A DNA stretch of 64,000 nt from Deltaproteobacteria bacterium (GCA_029262535.1 JAJCZF010000083.1:37094-101093); one strand, 5' to 3'; shown: positions 1 to 9,802, numbered from the stretch's first letter. A program made the numbers and translations. Notes: generated by a model not told the origin, from the sequence alone.

Positions 1-109
1 TTTGAGACACTGGCAGCATTAGGCAAGGAAAAGACGCTAACAAGGTTAAAAAGGGCCGCCGAGGTCGCCCGCAACGCAGCGGAGTAAAATAAGGCATAGG
101 AGATATTTT

Positions 110-940
110 ATGAAAAAGAATATTATACTAATCATCATCGCCGGACTCATAGGGCTCGGCATCGGTTATTATAGCTGGGGCAAGGTCCATGTCAGAAAGA
201 CCGACGTAATGTCGCTCCTGGACGAGATGACCACGGAGATCAGAAATACGATCGAAGAGAGCGCGACACTAAAGACCGAAATCGAAGCGGCTAAGGGCGT
301 ACAGGCTGCATCGGATGCCGTAGCGGAAGAAAATCAACGGCTCACAGCAGAACTCGACGCGGCAAAGGCCGATAACGTTACCCTTAACGAATCCCTCTCT
401 ACCCTTCCCGAACTCGAATCGAGGGCCGCGGCCGGAGACGAGCTCGCCTCGTCCAATGCCGATCTGGAGATTCGCGTAGCCGAGCTTGAAGGAGAGCTTG
501 AGGCCTTAAGCGAGAGCGCAAACAAGATCAGCAACCTCACAACAGAAAATCAAAGACTCGCCGACGAACTCAACGCGGCGCGTGAAAAGAATAACGAACT
601 CGACAGCAAGATCTTCGACCTTAACGCAAAGGGACCCGCGCTGGAAGAGGCTGCAAAAAACAAGGCCGAAGCCGAGAGCCTTAGAGCGCGCGTAGCAGAA
701 CTCGAAGCCGCCAACGCAGAGCTGAGCACCACGCTAAAGGCCATAGGCAACCTAACAGGCGCCAAAGAAGAAGCGACGCCCGCCCCAACTCAGGTTGAAG
801 AACCCGCACCGGCTCCGGCTCAGATTGAAGAGCCCGCGCCTGTTATAGAGACCGCGCCAGAAGCCGCCGCGCCGTCAGAGACCCCGCCCGTTTCGGGCGG
901 GGTCTACATAGACAGCGCCGAAGAGGAGCATGCTGAGTAA
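110..940 (+). CDS. Membrane-anchored coiled-coil protein with Pro/Ala-rich tail (function unknown)
   Basis: 276-aa ORF with AGGAG RBS upstream of ATG. It has an N-terminal hydrophobic helix (IILIIIAGLIGLGIGYY), a long E/A/L-rich heptad-like region and C-terminal EEPAPAPAQ(V/I)EEPAP tandem repeats. No enzymatic motif seen. Confidence 0.6.
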   Translation: MKKNIILIIIAGLIGLGIGYYSWGKVHVRKTDVMSLLDEMTTEIRNTIEESATLKTEIEAAKGVQAASDAVAEENQRLTAELDAAKADNVTLNESLSTLPELESRAAAGDELASSNADLEIRVAELEGELEALSESANKISNLTTENQRLADELNAAREKNNELDSKIFDLNAKGPALEEAAKNKAEAESLRARVAELEAANAELSTTLKAIGNLTGAKEEATPAPTQVEEPAPAPAQIEEPAPVIETAPEAAAPSETPPVSGGVYIDSAEEEHAE

Positions 941-956
941 GGCAGGGACTTTAAAA

Positions 957-2078
957 CTAGCGCCGCTCGTCCATATAGGAACCGTGCCGCGCCTTCTTAG
1001 ATGTAGCCAGTTGATATTCGATAATCCGGGTTATCTTCTCAAGGCTCATAAGGTCGTAATCGTACGATTTCACTTTAAGGTCGTCCGGTCTCTCTGTCAG
1101 AATATTTAAGAAGACCGACATGAGGTCTCGATCCCAGAAACCCTTCTGACTCTCCTCGGACAAGAGCTTGAGGAGCTTTCTTCTGTTGATTGCCCTCTTG
1201 TAGGCGCGGTCGCTTGAGAGAGAATCGTATAGATCCACTATCTGAAAGACCCTGGCAAGGAAAGGTATCGAAACGCCCCTGAGTCCGTCGGGGTAGCCCG
1301 AGCCGTCGTATCTTTCATGGTGGTGGCGTATGATCTCCGCGACATCTTCCCTTCCCTTCAGCACACAGCTTAGGAGAGATCCGGCCTCGGGATGTTTTTT
1401 GACTATATCCATCTCTTGTTTACTGAGCTTGACAGGCTTGTTGAGTATCGCGTCAGGCACGGCTAGCTTGCCGATATCGTGCAAAAAGCTTGCGTAGGTA
1501 AGTGTCTTGATATCTTCGAAGGAAAGGCCCAGTTCCGTTGCGAAGACCTTGCATCCGTGAGCGAGCCTGTCGCAGTGACCATTCGAAAAGTTATCCTTGG
1601 CCTCTACCATCCGCGCGGTCGCAAATAGCGCCAGCTCCTCCACTCTCAGCCCGTCAAAGAGCCTTTTCTGCTCAACGGCAATATTTACGCGGTGCATCAT
1701 ATGAAGGCTATTGTAGGGTTTAATAACGAGTTCGTCGGCACCCACATCCATAGATTTTTTAATGAACGACCAGCTTGAATCGGAGGTAACTAACAGGACG
1801 GGCAGGTATTGGAGGTGGAGCTTGTTGCGTATAATGGAGCAGACTTCAAAGGCATCCATCTTCTCTCTATTGACGTCCAGAAGGACGATATCATACCGGT
1901 CCGGGCTGGTCGTGAGCTTCTCTACAACCTCTTCTCCGGAGGAGACGACCGTGGTGTCGAAGCGCGGAGGCAAGAAGGCGCACTGCATGGACCTTCTCTG
2001 ACTCTTCGAGTCGTCAAGTCCGAGAACCCTGTACGTGATGATCTCGTCAGACATTATTCCGTTCTTATTTTCTGTCAT
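957..2078 (-). CDS. Response regulator with receiver domain and HD-GYP domain (predicted c-di-GMP phosphodiesterase, RpfG-like)
   Basis: 373 aa. Receiver motifs LGLDDS, IVLLDVN and VIKPY; HD-GYP motifs HDIGK and HHERYDGSGYP. GGTGGAG RBS. Confidence 0.85.
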   Translation of the reverse strand: MTENKNGIMSDEIITYRVLGLDDSKSQRRSMQCAFLPPRFDTTVVSSGEEVVEKLTTSPDRYDIVLLDVNREKMDAFEVCSIIRNKLHLQYLPVLLVTSDSSWSFIKKSMDVGADELVIKPYNSLHMMHRVNIAVEQKRLFDGLRVEELALFATARMVEAKDNFSNGHCDRLAHGCKVFATELGLSFEDIKTLTYASFLHDIGKLAVPDAILNKPVKLSKQEMDIVKKHPEAGSLLSCVLKGREDVAEIIRHHHERYDGSGYPDGLRGVSIPFLARVFQIVDLYDSLSSDRAYKRAINRRKLLKLLSEESQKGFWDRDLMSVFLNILTERPDDLKVKSYDYDLMSLEKITRIIEYQLATSKKARHGSYMDERR

Positions 2079-2238
2079 ATCTCCACCAAGTAAAGATATT
2101 ATACCATATAGGCCTGCTAAATCATTAAAGTTCTTTCTGTAAAAAGAAATAAGGACGAGAGCTATATCCGTAAATTTCCGACCACTTCAGCCTATAACCC
2201 CAGGTCGGTAAAACACCCTAAAACCCTCTGTCCTCATA

Positions 2239-3072
2239 TCAATACGCGTAAAATTTGGATATCTCCGCTTCGCGTTTTTTTAGCTCTGCCTTGATCTTCT
2301 CATAGGCGCTATCGCTCAGGCAAAGCGACTGTAGTATCTCCTCGTGCATCTCGGATTCGATGATATCCATGGCGAACTTTTCTTTACCGCCGCTCACCAT
2401 GCAGTCGCCGATATAGACGACCGGCGTAAGGTTCATCTCCTCTTCCGGGTTCTGGAGCCATCTTTCAGGGGTGTGATGAAAGCGTATCGCCTTTATAGTA
2501 TCCTCGTGAAAATTATATGCCTCGCCGAACCACGCGCCGACACCCGGATGGGTAAAGCCGTATGCGTCGTACTCGCGCTCCTCCAGCCCGAAACTTCCCT
2601 TGATAGAGAGCGCGATATAGGCCGGACCGTAGGCCTGATATAATACGACCCGCCCGATGTCGTTTATGAGCCCTGCAAAGAAGGCGTCTTCTTTCTTGAC
2701 TATGCCGGCCTCCTCGGCGATAAGGCTGGAGGCCAGGGCAACCTCAAAGGAGTGGTGCCATAAGGCGTTTAGAAATAAACGGTCTCGCTCGTTCTTCGCC
2801 GTAAATAGCGATACGCTAACCGCTATATTCCTTACCATCTCGTATCCGAGTATGACGGCGGCCCTCTTGATAGACAAGACCTTTCCCCTCAGGCCGTAAA
2901 AGGCCGAATTGGCCATGCCGACAACACGCGTTGCCAGGGCCTGGTCGCTTTCTATTACCTTTACGAGATCGTCAAGCGAGAAATGTTCCTTACTTATTAC
3001 CTCGTTAACTCTCTTCAGAGTTACAGGTAAGGTCGATATATCGAGCAGGTGTTCAAGCTTCTTATAGGGCAT
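2239..3072 (-). CDS. HDOD-domain signalling protein
   Basis: 277 aa with HDOD-like signature (LPVTLKRVNEVI..., DQALATRVVGMANSAFYGL, HSFEVA, ND(I)G). AAGGAGG RBS. Confidence 0.75.
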   Translation of the reverse strand: MPYKKLEHLLDISTLPVTLKRVNEVISKEHFSLDDLVKVIESDQALATRVVGMANSAFYGLRGKVLSIKRAAVILGYEMVRNIAVSVSLFTAKNERDRLFLNALWHHSFEVALASSLIAEEAGIVKKEDAFFAGLINDIGRVVLYQAYGPAYIALSIKGSFGLEEREYDAYGFTHPGVGAWFGEAYNFHEDTIKAIRFHHTPERWLQNPEEEMNLTPVVYIGDCMVSGGKEKFAMDIIESEMHEEILQSLCLSDSAYEKIKAELKKREAEISKFYAY

Positions 3073-3245
3073 CTTAGCCTCCTTGCGAGCCTTTATTCGC
3101 TTCGCTTAAAGCCCTCCATACTTCTATTTTATACCCATTTCCGAGACCGGACAACTTGAATAGAACTATAAAGTCGGAATCGCTTATTAAAAAAGAATTG
3201 ACCACCTATATATCAGGTGCCATATTAAGTTCTAAATATTTTCTT

Positions 3246-3320
3246 TGATCAGAGCAAACCCGTCGAAAGGTGGGGACGCAGAGTCACGAGGCTACAGTGT
3301 GGTTACTATGCCCGTCGGAC
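3246..3320 (+). promoter_or_regulatory. c-di-GMP-I (GEMM-I) riboswitch aptamer candidate
   Basis: AGAGCAAACCCGUCGAAAGGUGGGGACGCAGAGUCACGAGGCU matches the remembered GEMM-I core (GCAAACC, GAAA-tetraloop hairpin, GGGACGCAAAGCC, CGG.CU). Hairpins can be drawn at 3259-3274 and 3286-3315. The 3' strand overlaps a terminator arm. Confidence 0.7.
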
Positions 3321-3353
3321 CGCCGAAGAGCAATTCTTCGGCGGTCTTTTTTT
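3318..3353 (+). terminator. Intrinsic terminator (riboswitch expression platform)
   Basis: Perfect 12-bp stem GACCGCCGAAGA/TCTTCGGCGGTC with a 5-nt loop, followed by T7. Confidence 0.8.
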
Positions 3354-3360
3354 ATCAGAT

Positions 3361-3909
3361 ATGGAGTTTTATAAAAAGATGAGATCTAAACGTTTACGCG
3401 CGCAGCGGCGCGGAGTGGAGCTTGTAAAAAAAGGGCACTATGAAGAGGCGAAAAGAGTTTTTAGCAATAAAGAGATAGAAAGAAGCACCCCGGTATCGAT
3501 AGCGGCCTACGCCCTGACGATGGCCGCCCTGGGCAAGGATGTCGAGATTGCTATCGAGTTATGCCAAAAAGCAAAGAAACGCGACAGCAATAACCCGATA
3601 ATAGGGCTCTGCCCCGGCAGGCTCTACATCTTATGCGGCGACAAGGGACGCGCATTCAAGACATTTATGGAAGGGCTGCACAGTAACGCCGGACACCGTG
3701 AGCTGACCGCGGAACTACGGGCCTTCAAAGAGAGAAGCCTTCCCCCTATCAGACTTCTAAATAGAAGCCACCCGCTTAACAGAGTGCTCGGCAAGAGCCG
3801 TACCCTCTTAAATAGCGACGTCAAAGAATTCCCCGATATGGCGCGCGCCGCCTACCTCTATGCAAGCCAAAAAGAGATTAAACTGCCGGGAAGAGCCTGC
3901 CTTGGTTAA
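3361..3909 (+). CDS. Hypothetical helical (TPR-like by eye) protein downstream of the riboswitch
   Basis: 182-aa ORF. There is no SD before the ATG at 3361; an alternative ATG at 3379 lies 12 nt after GGAG. No recognisable catalytic motif. Confidence 0.5.
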   Translation: MEFYKKMRSKRLRAQRRGVELVKKGHYEEAKRVFSNKEIERSTPVSIAAYALTMAALGKDVEIAIELCQKAKKRDSNNPIIGLCPGRLYILCGDKGRAFKTFMEGLHSNAGHRELTAELRAFKERSLPPIRLLNRSHPLNRVLGKSRTLLNSDVKEFPDMARAAYLYASQKEIKLPGRACLG

Positions 3910-3968
3910 AAGCCCGCCCCCCTTTCAAAAAGTAAAAGAGATTCTATTTATAAAATTAGAGTGCTATA

Positions 3969-4370
3969 ATGGCGAAAAACAGGAGCGAGTTATACTCATC
4001 GACTTTTCAACTTTTCACCGACCGGAGCCGCGGCGTGCCAGATCTCGACAGAGACGAAATCAAAAAGATGATAGAAGAGGAGATATCATCGGTCGAGCGC
4101 GAGATTCCTATAATAAAGGAACAGACGCGACCCGTGGCGCCCGATAACGCCATCGGCAGGCTTACGCGCATCGAGGCCATCAACTCCAAATCGATCAACG
4201 AAGCGGCGCTTCGCTCCATGCAGGCGCGCCTGTCCGGCCTTAAACGCGCCCTTGCCAATATAGACGACCCCGACTTCGGCCTCTGTACCGAATGCGGAGA
4301 AGAGATACCGGTAAAAAGAATCAAATTAGTGCCCGAAAGCACTCGCTGCGTCACCTGCGCCAACGGGTAA
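3969..4370 (+). CDS. DksA/TraR-family C4 zinc-finger protein
   Basis: 133 aa. The C-terminal CTECGEEIPVKRIKLVPESTRCVTC four-Cys finger, preceded by a coiled-coil region, is typical of the family. Confidence 0.8.
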   Translation: MAKNRSELYSSTFQLFTDRSRGVPDLDRDEIKKMIEEEISSVEREIPIIKEQTRPVAPDNAIGRLTRIEAINSKSINEAALRSMQARLSGLKRALANIDDPDFGLCTECGEEIPVKRIKLVPESTRCVTCANG

Positions 4371-4592
4371 GAGCCCCCTAACCCTCCAACCTTATCTTAC
4401 AAAAAAGCCCTCTTCATCATACGGCTCCATATACGCGAAATACGAGATCAGGACAGAGCTATCCGATTCTAATTGTTTTCTAATCTTTGTGGGATTATAA
4501 TAAAACCAATAGAGACCATGTCGGCCCTTATAGTCCGAATACTACAAGGATCATCATAAATATAGAGCTTGACCTATGAACGGGAGACAAAA

Positions 4593-5015
4593 ATGACTAT
4601 ATTAGTTAATACTCTGCTCAGAGAGCAGCAGATCATATTAGATAGATTTGAAGAGCTGAAGAAGATACACGGAGAACTAACGCCTGGAACGAGGCTCAAG
4701 GTAAAGGCCCTTAACCTGAGACTAAAGACTTTTTTCAAGAAAGAGGATAAATACCTCTACTCACCGCTCTTTCATGCGGCAAAAGAGGACGCGAGATTAA
4801 AGAGCAACCTGCAGGCCATCACCAGGGAGCCCGAAGCCGAAAGCCGGGATCTGCAACAACAACTCGAAGCCTACGAAAGCGGCGGAGATTACAACATCTT
4901 CAGCAGTGACATCAGCAGGCTGCAATCTACCTTCAAGGATAGGGCCAAGCGCGGTAAAGGGCTTTTTTACAGAGAGTTTGACAGGGTCGTACCGATATAT
5001 CTAAAGGCGGCTTAA
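4593..5015 (+). CDS. Hypothetical protein
   Basis: The ORF track starts at TTG 4569, but ATG 4593 has a GGGAGA RBS 5 nt upstream. Helical, no motif recognised. Confidence 0.45.
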   Translation: MTILVNTLLREQQIILDRFEELKKIHGELTPGTRLKVKALNLRLKTFFKKEDKYLYSPLFHAAKEDARLKSNLQAITREPEAESRDLQQQLEAYESGGDYNIFSSDISRLQSTFKDRAKRGKGLFYREFDRVVPIYLKAA

Positions 5016-5193
5016 GGACTTTTTCTAAAAAGCGGAGGGTGGCCGAAGAGTGCCGTCTCTATACGGAATAGATCTGGTTGCTCTCCGCTACCCGCCAAAG
5101 AGTCTTCTATATTAAGGAACGCTTTTACCGCTTTGGAAGGCGCCTAAAACCTTTCAGAGAGCTAAGAGTCAACCCATCGAAACCGGCGGCAAA

Positions 5194-7608
5194 CTAATCG
5201 GCGGCGCTCTCCGTCTCTATATCCACCTCTATCGTTGGCTCATCCGCGGCCTTAGACTTTTTGGATGTAGTTTTTCGGCTCTTCATTACCGTAGTCGCGG
5301 TTTCATCTTTTTGGGTCTTTTTAGCGGGTTTTCTGGTCCTGCGCCTCTCGGCGGCCTTGGCCTTTATCTCTGCCGCCAGCTCGTTGGCCTTGTCGTACTT
5401 CCACCTGACTACCTGGAAGTAGGGTATGATATTTGGAAGTTCGTCGAGCGCTATGATGCCGTTCTCGACCTTATAGAGGGCGTCTTTTATCATCGGTATA
5501 AGACCGTGATTCGTTGCGCTATCGTATAGCTCGTCAAAGGGGGCGTTTTGTATGATCAGTTTCTTACTCTCCACATCGACCAGCCATAACTCGAATACCG
5601 CAATCCTTCCCTTATGACCCATGAAGTTGCACTTCTCACAGCCCATGCCCTTTTTGAACTCGACATGCGAGGGTACTCCGTTGGGGTAGAATGAATCGAG
5701 TAGTTCCTTAGAGGGTTTGTGCGGGGCAAGGCAGTGGGGACAGTTTCTCTTTGCAAGTCTCTGGGCCAGTATCGAGACCATCTCCGCCGCTATTGTGCCC
5801 GAGACGAGGTCGAGGTCCATCAACCTCTGGATTGTCTCGACCGTATTGCTGACATGAAGGGTCGAGAATACAAGGTGCCCGGTCTGACTGGCGCGAAGGG
5901 CCTCCATCGCCGTCTCGCGGTCCCTTATCTCACCTACCAGTATGACATCGGGGTCCTCTCGCAGGAAGGCCCTGATCGCATCAGGGAAGCCGAAACCTAT
6001 CTCTTTCTTAACCTGCGACTGCTGAAGCCTCGTCACGGAATACTCAATCGGGTCCTCTATGGTCAGGACCTTCTTGGTTACGTCCTTACTGATAAGGCCG
6101 AGCGTCGAATAGAGGGTCGTCGTCTTTCCCGAACCGGTCGGGCCGACGATAAGGATCATGCCGGAAGGGTTTTGAATGACCTTACTGAAACGAGCCTCGA
6201 TATCGGGCATGAAACCGAGCTTTTCGAGCAGCATGGTGTTGGCCGATTGCTTAAGCAACCTTATGACGACATTCTCTCCGTGCAGCGTAGGCTGGGTCTG
6301 AACGCGAAAGTCGAATGTCATGTCGCCCATTCTGCGCCGAAAACGCCCTGCCTGGGGCAGACGGCGCTCGGCGATATTAATATCGGAGCTAATCTTTATA
6401 ACATTGACGACGCCGTTAATATTCTTTTTGGTTATGCGGATATCGTTATTATCATAGAGCGTGCCGTCGACGCGATATCTTATAAAAACATCTTTGTCGT
6501 ATGTCTCAAGATGTATATCCGAGGCCCCGGCCTTTATGGCCTGCACAAGCAGGGCGTTGGTGATCTTTTGATACTTCTTGGTCGTAACCTCGATAGACTC
6601 GATCTCGCCTTCGAATCCTTCGGTGATGGCCACATCCTCAAGAAAGTCGTCTGCTCCTTCCTCATCTTCCTGATCTTCTTCATCATGTTGAAGGCCTGAC
6701 GAGGCCTCGTCCACGAAGATATGCCTGAGTATCAGCGCTATATCTGAGTAAGTGGTGAGGTTGATATGCACGTGCGTGCAACCGAGCGCGGCCTTGAGGT
6801 CTTCGCTATCTATCGTCGGTTCGGCCGTTACGACGAAGATGGTGTCGCCCTCCCTCAAATAAGGCACGGTAGAGTTGTGTATACAAAAGGCCTTGGAGAG
6901 TTTTAGCGCAAGCTCTTTGTCGAGCATGGGCAGGAGGTCTTGTTGAGCGATAAGCGGGATGCGCCTCTGGGTGGAGAGCATCTTGAAGAAATCAACCTCG
7001 TTGACCTTGCCTGTCTCGATAAGGACCTTGCCGACCATACGCTGAGTCTTGCGACTCATGTAAAGGGCCTCTTCCATATCCTCATCGCTGACGTAACCGT
7101 CGCGGACGAGCACTTCTCCAATCCTCGCGCTTGAGACCCCCCTCTGCTGGAAGGTGGAATAACAGCGTTTTATTGAGGAATATACGTCCGGGTCTTCAAA
7201 GAGAAGGACATCTACCTTTCTCTTTACGAGCCCTGATAGCACTTCCAGCTCGTCGGGAGTAAGGTCGCTATTTGATGATACGAGCAGTATCTCGTCTCCA
7301 AGCGAGACGAGCGGCATAACAGCGTAACGCGTCGCAACCTCTTCGGTGATCCACGTAAGGACGCGCGGCTCGACCAGGTACTTGCCGGAGGGCAGGAAAT
7401 CGACATTATCCTTCTGTTCGCAGAGTATGCGAACAAGCGTCATAGTCTCGACAAAACCGCGCTTTACGAGGATCTTACCGAGCAGCTCGCCGGGGTTTAT
7501 ACTATATTCCTTATCCCCGTAAGACTGTATCTCAAGGGCAATACGCAGGTGATCCCTTGAGATATGCCCTTTTCTTATTAGAATTTCACCTAGCCTTGGC
7601 TTGGCCAT
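5194..7608 (-). CDS. GspE/PilB-family secretion ATPase with two N-terminal MshEN-like (T2SSE_N) modules and a Lys-rich C-terminal tail
   Basis: 804 aa. Walker A GPTGSGKTTT; Walker B/Asp box, His box and a tetracysteine (CPHC...CEKC) typical of the family. The N-terminus carries four copies of the 24-aa MshEN-type motif (RLGEILIRKGHISRDHLRIALEIQ, LLGKILVKRGFVETMTLVRILCEQ, RIGEVLVRDGYVSDEDMEEALYMS, MVGKVLIETGKVNEVDFFKMLSTQ). Confidence 0.85.
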   Translation of the reverse strand: MAKPRLGEILIRKGHISRDHLRIALEIQSYGDKEYSINPGELLGKILVKRGFVETMTLVRILCEQKDNVDFLPSGKYLVEPRVLTWITEEVATRYAVMPLVSLGDEILLVSSNSDLTPDELEVLSGLVKRKVDVLLFEDPDVYSSIKRCYSTFQQRGVSSARIGEVLVRDGYVSDEDMEEALYMSRKTQRMVGKVLIETGKVNEVDFFKMLSTQRRIPLIAQQDLLPMLDKELALKLSKAFCIHNSTVPYLREGDTIFVVTAEPTIDSEDLKAALGCTHVHINLTTYSDIALILRHIFVDEASSGLQHDEEDQEDEEGADDFLEDVAITEGFEGEIESIEVTTKKYQKITNALLVQAIKAGASDIHLETYDKDVFIRYRVDGTLYDNNDIRITKKNINGVVNVIKISSDINIAERRLPQAGRFRRRMGDMTFDFRVQTQPTLHGENVVIRLLKQSANTMLLEKLGFMPDIEARFSKVIQNPSGMILIVGPTGSGKTTTLYSTLGLISKDVTKKVLTIEDPIEYSVTRLQQSQVKKEIGFGFPDAIRAFLREDPDVILVGEIRDRETAMEALRASQTGHLVFSTLHVSNTVETIQRLMDLDLVSGTIAAEMVSILAQRLAKRNCPHCLAPHKPSKELLDSFYPNGVPSHVEFKKGMGCEKCNFMGHKGRIAVFELWLVDVESKKLIIQNAPFDELYDSATNHGLIPMIKDALYKVENGIIALDELPNIIPYFQVVRWKYDKANELAAEIKAKAAERRRTRKPAKKTQKDETATTVMKSRKTTSKKSKAADEPTIEVDIETESAAD

Positions 7609-7976
7609 GACCTCAATAACTCCCGGTTGAACGGACCAAAACGGTCCGCTTATGATACATCTAAAGCTTTTATCACGAAATCACTTGCTAAATCAAGAAC
7701 TTTTAAGAGATCAATAAAGGAGAATACGAAGGTTTGAGAAAGTCGGCTCTGCAACGTTGAATGGGCGAACTAAATACGGACGAGACGGCCTCCTGTAACT
7801 ATCAACTCATCGGCGAATAGGGAGCGTTTATGCGTCGAGAGCGTCCATGCGGACATCCTGCATTATTAGATTTATTTTTAAAGAGAGGGGTAGTAAGAAA
7901 TGTTTCTAAAAGCCTCTCAGCTTAGAAGAAAAACCGCTTCGCGTACTCTGGCCTTTCGCCCCAGACATAATTCCGT

Positions 7977-8008
7977 GCGCGAAATAAGAGCACACTTGTG
8001 TGCTTATT
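7977..8008. repeat. REP-like palindrome (CGCGAAATAAG-GCACAC-NN-GTGTGC-CTTATT family)
   Basis: gcgcgaaataagagcacacttgtgtgcttatt. The right arm overlaps the queH stop codon. Confidence 0.7.
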
Positions 8009-8558
8009 GGTTGATATTATAGCGTTCCATCCAGCTATAGATACAGCCGCAGTATTGCTGGCGGTAGAGTCCCATCTCTTTGCTCTCTTTTATTCCCTCC
8101 TGCCAGCCCTTTCTAAAGTCGCGGTAGAAGAACTCGACGTTGAACTCCGCGGCATATTTTTTGGCGAGAGCGCGCATCTGTTCGTGATCCTGGTATCTTG
8201 AATATAGTAGGGAGGAAGAGAACATATCAAAGCCGTTGTCGCGCGCGGCCTGGGCAACGGCGCGAAGGCGAATAGTATAACAGTGGCGGCAGCGGTCGTC
8301 CTTCGTGATCTCGCGTATGCGGTGACCGTCAGCGTCACGCACAAAAGCGGAGGCGTCGTAGTCGGGGCCGAAGATCACCTCGACATTCATCAGCTCCGAT
8401 AATTTCTTTACCGAGGCGAGCCGCTTGTCATGCTCTGCGCGAGGCTGTATATTAGGATTCCAGAAGAAACCGGCGACCTCGTATTCTCCCTTAAGCGCCT
8501 CCTTGAGCGGATATATCGAACACGGGCCGCAACAGATATGTACCAGTATCTTTTTCAT
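8004..8558 (-). CDS. queH: Epoxyqueuosine reductase QueH (DUF208 family)
   Basis: 184 aa. The N-terminal HICCGPCS motif and C-terminal YCGC Cys motif are characteristic of QueH. Confidence 0.8.
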   Translation of the reverse strand: MKKILVHICCGPCSIYPLKEALKGEYEVAGFFWNPNIQPRAEHDKRLASVKKLSELMNVEVIFGPDYDASAFVRDADGHRIREITKDDRCRHCYTIRLRAVAQAARDNGFDMFSSSLLYSRYQDHEQMRALAKKYAAEFNVEFFYRDFRKGWQEGIKESKEMGLYRQQYCGCIYSWMERYNINQ

Positions 8559-8621
8559 CTTTTATAAAGGTAGAGAAGTTGGAACGCGGACGAAAAACCA
8601 TCAGGCCTACAAAAGCTCCTT

Positions 8622-8676
8622 GCGCGAAAGTAAGACCACACCTGTGTGGCACACAGGTGTGCACTTATTTTCGCGG
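8622..8676. repeat. REP-like palindrome, double core
   Basis: gcgcgaaagtaagaCCACACCTGTGTGGCACACAGGTGTGcacttattttcgcgg, with two adjacent CACAC-NN-GTGTG cores flanked by inverted CGCGAAA/TTTCGCG. Confidence 0.75.
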
Positions 8677-8740
8677 AGAAAACTTTCAGATGGCTGGCAG
8701 TCTCCGGGCCGCGTCTTATGTACGTAGTAGTTTCCAAGAT

Positions 8741-9781
8741 TTAAAAGAGCTTATCCTGATCGTCGCCCTCACCTCTCTTTACAAAGGTGCGTCCGAGGTG
8801 CTCGTAGGCAATACGTGTTGCGACGCGCCCGCGCGGGGTGCGATGCAGGAACCCTTCTTGTATCAGATAGGGCTCGTAAAGGTCTTCTATCGCGTCGCGC
8901 TCTTCGTGCAGGGCGGCGGCGAGAGATTCGACACCCACGGGACCGCCGGAGAATTTATCAATAATCGTCAAAAGTATTCGGCGGTCCATCTTGTCAAAAC
9001 CTAAAGAGTCTATCTCTAACATATCGAGCGCCACGGCGGCTGTCTCTCCTGTGATGGTGCCGTCGCCCTTTACCTCGGCATAGTCTCTGACGCGTTTTAC
9101 AAGGCGGTTACAGATGCGCGGCGTGCCGCGCGAGCGCGCGCCTATCTCGGATGCGCCGTCAGAGCTTATCTCTGTATTAAGGATAGAGGCAGTGCGGTTT
9201 ACGATAGTCGTTATCTCGCTTGGGGAATAAAAATCGAGCCGCGCGATAAAACCGAAACGGTCGCGCAAGGGAGAGGTCAGGAGGCCAGCGCGGGTCGTCG
9301 CGCCTATTAGAGTAAAGCGCGGTATGTCGAGCCTGACCGAGCGGGCCGACGGCCCCTGCCCTATTATGATATCTATCTTAAAATCCTCCATCGCCGGATA
9401 TAGTATCTCTTCTATCGGGTTGGAGAGACGGTGTATCTCGTCTATAAAGAGGATATCGCCCTCTTCGAGATTGGTCAGTATGGCGGCGAGGTCGCCCTGT
9501 TTTTCAATGGCCGGGCCGGAGGTGCACTTTATATTCGCGCTCATCTCAAGGGCTATTATATTAGAGAGCGTCGTTTTGCCAAGCCCGGGAGGGCCGTATA
9601 GCAACGTATGGTCGAGCGGTTCGCCGCGCCCCTTTGCCGCCTCGATAAAGATTTCGAGATTCTCTTTGGTCTTCTCCTGCCCGATATATTCCGGCAGGGA
9701 ACGCGGACGAAGCGAGAGTTCAAAAGACTCGTCGCCAATCGCTTTTGCCGGCGTTATATTTTCATTCATGTCGGTCGTCAT
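8741..9781 (-). CDS. ruvB: Holliday junction branch-migration helicase RuvB
   Basis: 346 aa. [14 protein letters not shown], Walker [10 protein letters not shown], Walker B LFIDEIHR and a typical RuvB C-terminus. Confidence 0.95.
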   Translation of the reverse strand: MTTDMNENITPAKAIGDESFELSLRPRSLPEYIGQEKTKENLEIFIEAAKGRGEPLDHTLLYGPPGLGKTTLSNIIALEMSANIKCTSGPAIEKQGDLAAILTNLEEGDILFIDEIHRLSNPIEEILYPAMEDFKIDIIIGQGPSARSVRLDIPRFTLIGATTRAGLLTSPLRDRFGFIARLDFYSPSEITTIVNRTASILNTEISSDGASEIGARSRGTPRICNRLVKRVRDYAEVKGDGTITGETAAVALDMLEIDSLGFDKMDRRILLTIIDKFSGGPVGVESLAAALHEERDAIEDLYEPYLIQEGFLHRTPRGRVATRIAYEHLGRTFVKRGEGDDQDKLF

Positions 9782-9802
9782 CTTATCTCTGCTTATCTCT
9801 AA

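Noticed and set aside
5719-6699. 326-aa plus-strand ORF, together with many other 60-200-aa ORFs such as 9324-9917, 20569-21180, 41576-42115, 45952-46536 and 51662-52126, lying antisense to or out of frame with well-supported genes
   Set aside because: Each lies entirely inside a CDS with strong family motifs on the other strand or frame. Their products are low-complexity (R/S/A/P-rich) with no RBS, so they are treated as shadow ORFs.
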